Assembly (NCBI GenBank): GCA_965215015.1
Contig: OZ244042.1
Coordinates: forward strand, 3,168,001-3,232,000
DNA: 64,000 nt
From: Candidatus Poribacteria bacterium
Lineage (GTDB): Bacteria; Poribacteria; WGA-4E; PCPOR2b
Direction of reading: 5' to 3'
Shown here: positions 57,088 through 64,000 of the stretch, in pieces
Position numbering within the stretch: position 1 is the stretch's first letter
Layout of the letters: each line of letters begins with the position of its first letter
Position numbers and translations under genes: made by a program
Notes under the pieces: generated by a model
What the model was told of the DNA's origin: nothing
What the model saw: the letters and a program-made list of their open reading frames with translations, nothing else
The model's database searches: none

Positions 57088-58484
57088 GTCAAGATGTGCT
57101 GCACTCGTTTTTCCCATTCGTCACAGGTCGCATGTGTTCGCTGCACGGAGGTGCCAATGTATTTCTTTGGGTCACGGAGGGCTTCTTGTTGTATGGGAGT
57201 CAGATTTTCGAGGAACGGCTGCAGTGTCTCATCCGTCCATAGGAGGTCCGTCAACTGTTGTCCTGTCTGATGCACTTGAGCGACAAGTTTGCGGGTGTGG
57301 TCGTAAGCATCAGGGAATCCGTAATATGCCATTAAAAGATAGATCGGTTCAGCCACTGTGTCGCCGGCACTCTCTTCAAGATTGCGTTGCATGTTACCCA
57401 CCTTCACATCCATCTCCCCTAACGCGCGAATTAAACGATAAATCGAATAATCAAACGCCGTAAAAAGTTCCGTCAGGAAGCGGCTCGACGCGGAGTTAGT
57501 AAGATCGCGTTGATGCTCCAGAATCTGATCCATAAACACCGTCGTCATGCGCGGCACAAATGCTTTCCAGAGCCCCTTCACTGTCTCAAACGTTTCGGGA
57601 TTGATCTTGTGTGGCATCGTTGATGAGCCAACCAACTGGGGATCGTACTGCTTGCTGATCTCGGCGATTTCTGTGCGATAGAGATGGCGGATGTCATCTG
57701 CAAAGTTTGCGAGGATGGTGTACGCAGAGGTAATTGCATAGGCAAGGTCAGTGATAAACTCGGGCTCAACGCACTGCGTCGAAGTGTGTGTATCCGATGG
57801 CCTCAATCCTAGTTCCGCGAGTAGGGCCGCCTCCAGCTGCTCTGGTTGCGCCACAATGAGCGAAAGTCCATTGAACGCTCCCACTGCACCTGAGAATTGT
57901 CCGCGTAGATTTTGGCTTGCCCGTTCTATCAGTTCAATCCGATTCCCGATTCGACTGACGTAAAGTGCGATGGCGTAACCAAAGGTAATCGGTTCTGCAT
58001 GTTGACCATGCGTCCGTCCAATCTGCACCGTTTCTGCGTGTTCCCGCGCAAGGTCTATGAGCTTATTCTCAAGTTCAATGAGGTCCGGAAGAACCACCTT
58101 CTGCGTCAGGTCTTTGAAGCGTAACGCTGTAGCGGTATCAAGAATGTCCGCTGACGTTGCGAACAGGTGAACATACGGACGCGCTTCAGGAGAAATCTTC
58201 CGTCGAATCACATTTACAAGCGAACGGATGTTGTGTCGAATGCGTGACTGTTCTTCGTACACCTCTGCCGCTGTAATTTCTTCGGATGCCCGTTCAACTT
58301 CATCTGCAATCTCATGGGAGCAGATGTCGTGCTTGGCAAGTGTTCGCACCAATGCAGCCTCGACTTTAGCTTGATATTTGACGTAGGCGGCTTCCGAGAC
58401 GTAGGGCAGTAGTTTTTTCATAACGGCTTCACTGCCCCCGTAGTATCTGAAATCAAGTGGACTAACCGCTTCGTAAAGTTCCAT
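57075..58484 (-). CDS. purB: Adenylosuccinate lyase
   Basis: SPLDFRY, HLFATSADI, GRTHGQHAEPITFG, GSSTMPHKINP, HQRDLTNS. Confidence 0.93.
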   Translation of the reverse strand: MELYEAVSPLDFRYYGGSEAVMKKLLPYVSEAAYVKYQAKVEAALVRTLAKHDICSHEIADEVERASEEITAAEVYEEQSRIRHNIRSLVNVIRRKISPEARPYVHLFATSADILDTATALRFKDLTQKVVLPDLIELENKLIDLAREHAETVQIGRTHGQHAEPITFGYAIALYVSRIGNRIELIERASQNLRGQFSGAVGAFNGLSLIVAQPEQLEAALLAELGLRPSDTHTSTQCVEPEFITDLAYAITSAYTILANFADDIRHLYRTEIAEISKQYDPQLVGSSTMPHKINPETFETVKGLWKAFVPRMTTVFMDQILEHQRDLTNSASSRFLTELFTAFDYSIYRLIRALGEMDVKVGNMQRNLEESAGDTVAEPIYLLMAYYGFPDAYDHTRKLVAQVHQTGQQLTDLLWTDETLQPFLENLTPIQQEALRDPKKYIGTSVQRTHATCDEWEKRVQHILTRFC

Positions 58485-58688
58485 AATAGTATGTGTCTCC
58501 CTTTGCCAATTTTTGCTATAATATGTTAAATTATACCACTTGGTTAAGTGGATGTAAATCCTGATCGAATCAGGAAACGAATCTTTTTCTACCTATAATA
58601 GGTAAGTTCTTTCGGTGGGAAATATCGCACTCCAATTTTTCGCAGATTAACAGGGAAATATGCAATTAAGGCAGTAGGCATACTCCGT

Positions 58689-61600
58689 ATGTCGTTAATT
58701 AGTATGCAAGGAAAGATTTTTGTGAACGAAAAATTTGATAGAACTTCACGTCGGCTTTGGTGGATAATTCCGACTTTGCTACAGACCTTATTACTGCTTT
58801 CCCTATCAACAGCCATCGGCCCATGGAACGCGTTTTCCCTCCCAAGCTCCGACAGCTCGCAATTCACGCCCGGGGAGCTTCTGATTCGCGTGACGCCCAA
58901 AGCGCACGCTGAATTGGAACGCCTTCATGCCAAAGCACCGTTACAAAAACTCCACAATCAGATGGGAGTTCGGTCGGTCTACCGTCTCTTTCCGCACATC
59001 GCCCACTCGGAATCCAACCCAAACCTTGAACGCATCTATCTACTGCGCTTCCAGATCCCCGCCGATCTACATACCCTCAAAGCGGCCTACGCTGCACACT
59101 CGTTGATTGAGGCAGTCGAATTCAATTACATTCGCCAGACACAGGCTTCCGAAATTATCCCTAACGATCCACTCTATGAGGAACAGTGGAGTCTATCGCT
59201 AATCGATATGCCGGAGGCGTGGGCAATTGAGAAGGGCGATCCGGAAGTCATAATCGCAATTGTGGACACAGGCTTCGATTATACCCACGAAGATCTTGCC
59301 TCACAAACCTGGATCAACGTTGGCGAAATCCCCGACAACGGAGTTGACGACGACAATAATGGGTACATCGACGATGTACACGGTTGGGATTTTTCGGAGC
59401 CATCAAATAGCAATGGAAGCAAAGGTTCCCAAAATGGCGATAATGATCCAATTGACGAATCGGGACATGGGACACATGTCGCTGGAATCGTGGGGGCGAC
59501 GGTAGATAACGATGTAGGGATTGCTGGTATCGCGTGGAATTGCACATTGATGCCGATTCGAGGTGCCGGCGTAGCGGGAATACGAGACGATCGTTCAGCA
59601 GCTGCGATTATTTATGCCGTGGACAACGGTGCACGGGTTATCAACATGAGTTGGGGCGGCCATGAGCGTTCCTTTGTGCTTCGTGATGCTGTGGATTACG
59701 CTTACGCGAGGGGAGTCCTCATGGTCGCCGCAGCGGGAAACGCGTCTGAAGATGAGTCCATTTTCCCTGCCGGCTATCGCAAGGTGATTTCTGTTGCCAC
59801 AACTCAGCAACACAAGCAGAGGTTTTACCAATCCAATTTTGGTGCATCTATTGACATCGGTGCACCGGGCAATGTGATTTTAAGTACACATATCAATAAT
59901 CGATATCGCCCCCTCTCTGGCACATCAATGGCAACTGCACATGTATCCGGGGTTGCTGCGCTGATTATATCGAAGCGTCCCAGTCTGACGCATGAGGAGG
60001 TCCGGCAGATTCTACTTTCGACCACCGACCCAATTACGGAAAGCCCGGAACTCGTTGATGCGGGCAATCTGAACGCAGCGCGGGCTTTGATGGCGAGTGG
60101 CTCCTTACAAGCCCGCATTCTTTCACCAGAAACTCACACCGGCGGCTCAAACCAGATCGAAATTGTTGGCACCGCCGGCGGATTCAAATTTGATAGATGG
60201 CAGTTATTGTACGGTCTATCAACTGTCCCAACAGTGTTTCAACCCATCAATGCACCTTCTCAGCGACAGAAGACCAACGAGACCCTGCTCTTCTGGGAAA
60301 CCTCCGCCATAGCAGAAGGCATCTACACTGTTCGCCTTGAAGTCAGTGACATCGAAGGAAAAGTTCTGCGGGACGAGGTTGTCGTCTCCGTAGACCGAAC
60401 GCCGCCTCAAGTGCGGAATGTAAGGGTGCAGAATCAGATGACAAAGGGCAACTATGCCACCGTCGTCTCTTGGTCAACGGATGATTTCACAATCAATACA
60501 TTGAGCCAACGTGCTCGTGAAGCCACTGCTCCGTTTAGACCAATCGAGGAGAATTCTGCAAGCAGGGAACATTTCTTTTCACTCTCGCTTGATACAGGCA
60601 GTTACGATTTATTCATCACCTCTCGTAACGATGCGGGCTTGGAATCAGTAGACGACAACGACGGAAAATTTTATCGTGCGGAGATTATCAGCGGATCTGT
60701 TTCGCCAAACGGATTTATCGGAACCTCAACCACACTCCCTCCAATGCACCTAGGCGGTGTCACTGCGGATTTCGATCGGGATGGCCTGCTTGAAATTGTC
60801 GGACTGCCAATCACGGCCGACGCTGCTGCTGGAATCCAAATCCATGAACGGACTAGTGCCGGCGTTTATCAACTTCGACATACTGGTGTAATCAATTCTA
60901 AGCCATTTGCTTTTGACGATACCGATGGCGACGGACTGTTAGAGATATTGTCCGGCACGAAGGAACAGCTCTTCCTTGTCGAAAGCGTGACACAAAACGG
61001 CTATCCGGAAAAGATTATTTGGGAAACCCCTTATCTCTCATCAGGACAGATTGCAGATTTAGATGGCGATGGCAGGCAAGAGATTGTCGGGGCAGACAAT
61101 GCTAACGACAGTATCCGCATCTTTGAAAACCGCGGGAACGATAGCTATGATGAGGTGCTCGTCATCAAGAATGAGACAGCGGGTTCCAACGTTTTCGGAG
61201 AACAGTTCGCAATCGGCGATTTCGATGCGAACGGGATCCCGGAGTTAATCGTAGGAGATAGCGAGGGCGAACTCTTCATCTACGAATCCGTTGGGGACAA
61301 TCTGCTGGCTGAAACGTGGCGGATGAAAATTGATGTCGAAAACGCTTATCAACTTGCGGCAGGCGATCTCACTGGAGATGGCATTCCTGAGTTCGTCATC
61401 GGGGGAACCGTATTGGAAGAAGATTTGCCTTCGATGTTGCCGCGTTGGCAATATCATGTATTCACCGCTTTCCCGCCTGCTGGCACTACCCTCCAAACCG
61501 GGGGTAGTCACGTTTCGCGCTATCAATCAATATGGTCACAGGTAATCGCTCCGTTCCACTTGAAAGGAAACAGTGTCGCAATCGGCGATGTTGACGGTGA

Positions 61601-62735
61601 CTCACACAATGAACTGGTGATACTTGCAAATCCAAGCGTTTATGTGTTCAAATGGAGGAATGGTTTAAATGGGGATCAGGTCCCGTCAAGCTTCGTCCCA
61701 ATCTGGCATCACGAAATTTGGGAAACGCCCCGCTTATTCCTTGCCGATCTGAATAGGGACAACTTCAACGAACTTTATCTTAACAACACAGAAAACCTAC
61801 TTACATTCGCACACGTCCACGCCAGTAATCCAAATAGCGTTGTGAACATTCAACCGTATGGGCTATCTGCCACGCCGCTCAGTGTACGTGCAGTTCGGAT
61901 TGATTGGGAAACGCCAGAGGGAGCGGTATCTTATACTGTTTATAAAGCAATTGGTGAATCAGATGAAGTGCCCTCCCACTTTGAAACCATCGCCAAAGAC
62001 CTAGATTTTGTGGGCTTTCTTGACCGGAAAGTGCAGAAGGATGTAACCTACTGGTACACTGTCTCCGCAAAGGATGAAACTGGGACTGAATCCGCCCAAT
62101 CCGAGCCGGTCTCTGTCACTCCTCGCACCCCACCCGAACTGGTTGCGGCAGCGTACATCCAACACAGCCAAGTCGCCGTTACTTATGACAAACAGATGGG
62201 ACCTTCCGCGGGTAATCGACGCCTCTATCTCTTGCGGGAACCAAAGCAACTTACTGGCACTAACCCTGTATCCGTAATTCGAGATCACATGGGAAAGCGA
62301 GCTATCCTCACCTTCCGAGCAGTGGATCTGGTTCCCGGGCACACCTATGAAATTACCGTTTCAAACGTTCGAGATACAGATCGGAACCCTATAAACCCCC
62401 TAGAGGCAACCCAGACATTTGAGGTGCCTCCTGAAACGGATTTCAACGATTTTAAGGATTTTTCACGAGCAAGAGTATACCCCAATCCTGTGCGCCCCGG
62501 CGAATCTCACAAGAGTGCTGTCACGTTTGATCGCCTCCCCACCGGGACAACGATTGAAATTTATAATACGAATGGAGAGCACCTTGATAGATTGACTGTC
62601 ACCGCTTCCGATGCTGGTCGTAGGGAATGGTTACTTCTCAATTATATTGCAACGGAGATAACCAGCGGAATTTATATCTATGTGATGGAATTTGAAGATC
62701 TGAAAAAGACTGGCAAAATTGCGGTGATTAAGTGA
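58689..62735 (+). CDS. Exported subtilisin-like (S8) protease with FG-GAP repeats, FN3/Ig domains and a YPNP-type C-terminal domain
   Basis: IVDTG, HGTHVAG, GTSMA; DxDGDG repeats; RVYPNP..SGIYIY..KTGKIAVIK; possible start GTG 58722. Confidence 0.9.
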   Translation: MSLISMQGKIFVNEKFDRTSRRLWWIIPTLLQTLLLLSLSTAIGPWNAFSLPSSDSSQFTPGELLIRVTPKAHAELERLHAKAPLQKLHNQMGVRSVYRLFPHIAHSESNPNLERIYLLRFQIPADLHTLKAAYAAHSLIEAVEFNYIRQTQASEIIPNDPLYEEQWSLSLIDMPEAWAIEKGDPEVIIAIVDTGFDYTHEDLASQTWINVGEIPDNGVDDDNNGYIDDVHGWDFSEPSNSNGSKGSQNGDNDPIDESGHGTHVAGIVGATVDNDVGIAGIAWNCTLMPIRGAGVAGIRDDRSAAAIIYAVDNGARVINMSWGGHERSFVLRDAVDYAYARGVLMVAAAGNASEDESIFPAGYRKVISVATTQQHKQRFYQSNFGASIDIGAPGNVILSTHINNRYRPLSGTSMATAHVSGVAALIISKRPSLTHEEVRQILLSTTDPITESPELVDAGNLNAARALMASGSLQARILSPETHTGGSNQIEIVGTAGGFKFDRWQLLYGLSTVPTVFQPINAPSQRQKTNETLLFWETSAIAEGIYTVRLEVSDIEGKVLRDEVVVSVDRTPPQVRNVRVQNQMTKGNYATVVSWSTDDFTINTLSQRAREATAPFRPIEENSASREHFFSLSLDTGSYDLFITSRNDAGLESVDDNDGKFYRAEIISGSVSPNGFIGTSTTLPPMHLGGVTADFDRDGLLEIVGLPITADAAAGIQIHERTSAGVYQLRHTGVINSKPFAFDDTDGDGLLEILSGTKEQLFLVESVTQNGYPEKIIWETPYLSSGQIADLDGDGRQEIVGADNANDSIRIFENRGNDSYDEVLVIKNETAGSNVFGEQFAIGDFDANGIPELIVGDSEGELFIYESVGDNLLAETWRMKIDVENAYQLAAGDLTGDGIPEFVIGGTVLEEDLPSMLPRWQYHVFTAFPPAGTTLQTGGSHVSRYQSIWSQVIAPFHLKGNSVAIGDVDGDSHNELVILANPSVYVFKWRNGLNGDQVPSSFVPIWHHEIWETPRLFLADLNRDNFNELYLNNTENLLTFAHVHASNPNSVVNIQPYGLSATPLSVRAVRIDWETPEGAVSYTVYKAIGESDEVPSHFETIAKDLDFVGFLDRKVQKDVTYWYTVSAKDETGTESAQSEPVSVTPRTPPELVAAAYIQHSQVAVTYDKQMGPSAGNRRLYLLREPKQLTGTNPVSVIRDHMGKRAILTFRAVDLVPGHTYEITVSNVRDTDRNPINPLEATQTFEVPPETDFNDFKDFSRARVYPNPVRPGESHKSAVTFDRLPTGTTIEIYNTNGEHLDRLTVTASDAGRREWLLLNYIATEITSGIYIYVMEFEDLKKTGKIAVIK

Positions 62736-63215
62736 AGGTGGGCTACTAACATGGAATATCTTGCGTGTTGCGTAAGATACGACGGGTAAATTTAATCAAC
62801 CCTTTAAGTTCGGGAGTATATTACGTTCTCTACTTAGGACAGCGTCGGTCTAAACCGTATTGACCTGTCAATTCGGCTTCAATTGGGTTAGCCAATCCCA
62901 GTGATACCCTGGGGGCATTTAGTTTTGAGTGGTGCCCATAAAGTAGGAGGCACACTCCGCGTGCCGTGCAATCTGCGTCATCTGCTGAATCCGCGATTCA
63001 GACGCCTATCAGTGGATTGAGATTTGGCAATCCAGACGGAGCGAAGCGAAAAACTTGTACCCCCTATCGTTTCTTTTAATTTCACTTGCGGATCATTGAG
63101 ATTCCTGTTATAATCAATCGGTTTCTGATGGCAATTTTTCTGAACGCACAAAGCACCGATCAACCACTTCCACATCGCAGTGATCTAAGTTTTGACCTGT
63201 ACGAGTTTCTGATAT

Positions 63216-63733
63216 AGGACTTACGCATTTCAGTTTGTAGTAGCGCGTTCATTGCGCGTCCCAACGGGTGATAAATCACCCTACTACATACCTGAGGGGT
63301 GCTCATAATAATAGTCTGAATCGCGGATTCAGCAGATGATGCGGGCAGCAGGGGTACAGAACGCGTCCCAACGGGTGATAAATCACCCTACTACATACCT
63401 GAGGGGTGCTCATAATAATAGTCTGAATTGCGGATTAAACAGATGATGCGGATTGCACGGGTACGGATAGGGGGCTCAGGCGGGAGATGAGGCAAGAGGC
63501 CCTACCTACGGGGTTGGGAGTGCTTTGTTTTTTCAGTTATGTTTGGTATTTTAATGGCAGTTGGGTGTTAGGCCAGCCATATTGGTTTACGGCAGGACGG
63601 AGTGTGCCTGCTCCTTTATGAGCACTACTCACATACCTAAGGCCTGACTGTAGCTGCCCGCTTCATCGGGCGTCGGTGTGCGATCATAAATCGTCGAACT
63701 ACGAGGCTTTGGGCGTTCGGCTGCGTAGGTCCT
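63216..63733. mobile_element. Non-autonomous shell (AGGACTTACGCA / TGCGTAGGTCCT) containing REP-like hairpins and a GAGGGGTGCTCATA MITE
   Basis: Inverted ends at 63216-63227 and 63722-63733, tgatat on both flanks; 75-bp tandem duplication at 63255-63329 / 63362-63436. Confidence 0.65.
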
Positions 63734-63810
63734 ATGATATAAGTTGTTTATTGAGTCCTAGCAATTATCTTCCTCTAGTTCATAGAGGTATTGTGGATTA
63801 GTTTTTGATC

Positions 63811-63839
63811 TTGCGGTGCTAGAGGGGATACGCTATAAT
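63811..63839 (+). promoter_or_regulatory. sigma70-type promoter
   Basis: TTGCGG-N17-TATAAT upstream of ATG 63863. Confidence 0.5.
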
Positions 63840-63862
63840 GTAGCCCTCTTCGGGATAAACTA

Positions 63863-64000
63863 ATGCGATACTTTATTTTCAGCGATGTTCATGCAAATCT
63901 TGAAGCATTTGATGCCGTTTTATCGGCAATTGCTGAGGAGCAAGTTGATAAGATTATTTTTCTCGGTGATATCGTTGGCTACGGTGCCCAACCAAATGAA
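63863..64000 (+). CDS. Metallophosphoesterase family protein (5' part; runs off window)
   Basis: MRYFIFSDVHANLEAF...FLGDIVGYGAQPNE (DxH and GDxV motifs). Confidence 0.88.
   Translation, partial: MRYFIFSDVHANLEAFDAVLSAIAEEQVDKIIFLGDIVGYGAQPNE

Noticed and set aside
62978-63175. 65-aa ORF as a real gene
   Set aside because: Runs into repeat sequence, no recognisable motif or RBS
63255-63436. Mini-CRISPR
   Set aside because: 75-bp unit with two copies, composed of REP and MITE ends

Overview
A 64-kb bacterial chromosomal window of roughly balanced GC. By inference it comes from a diderm lineage resembling Ca. Poribacteria: a LamG protein ending in the xGKLxTTWGxIK tail, an ECF-sigma cargo fusion, PhyH/TauD dioxygenases, and repeat-stuffed intergenic regions. 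Housekeeping content is dapB (partial), infC-rpmI-rplT-[T-box]-pheS-pheT, a csp gene, nadA, rimI and purB. Accessory content includes a form-II coxSLM-like molybdoenzyme cluster, an ElbD-like four-domain lipid enzyme (reductase, AMP-binding, ACP, acyltransferase) followed by a HAD phosphatase, and an ECF sigma-ankyrin fusion broken at a G7 tract. It also includes an Omp85-type protein, two large exported proteases, a signal-peptide-bearing SAM hydrolase and several catabolic genes. Mobile DNA consists of one intact IS4-family element, two decayed ISs with intact TIRs, an orphan TnpB 3' end/omegaRNA region, and nested non-autonomous MITE/REP elements in many intergenic gaps. No CRISPR array, rRNA or tRNA was seen. 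The best leads are (i) the ElbD-like enzyme whose adenylation domain has lost its ATP-binding and catalytic motifs, (ii) the sigma-ankyrin locus with a homopolymer switch and an internal ribosome-binding site, (iii) a putative C-terminal WGxxK protein-sorting signal, and (iv) the orphan omegaRNA and the nested MITE system.
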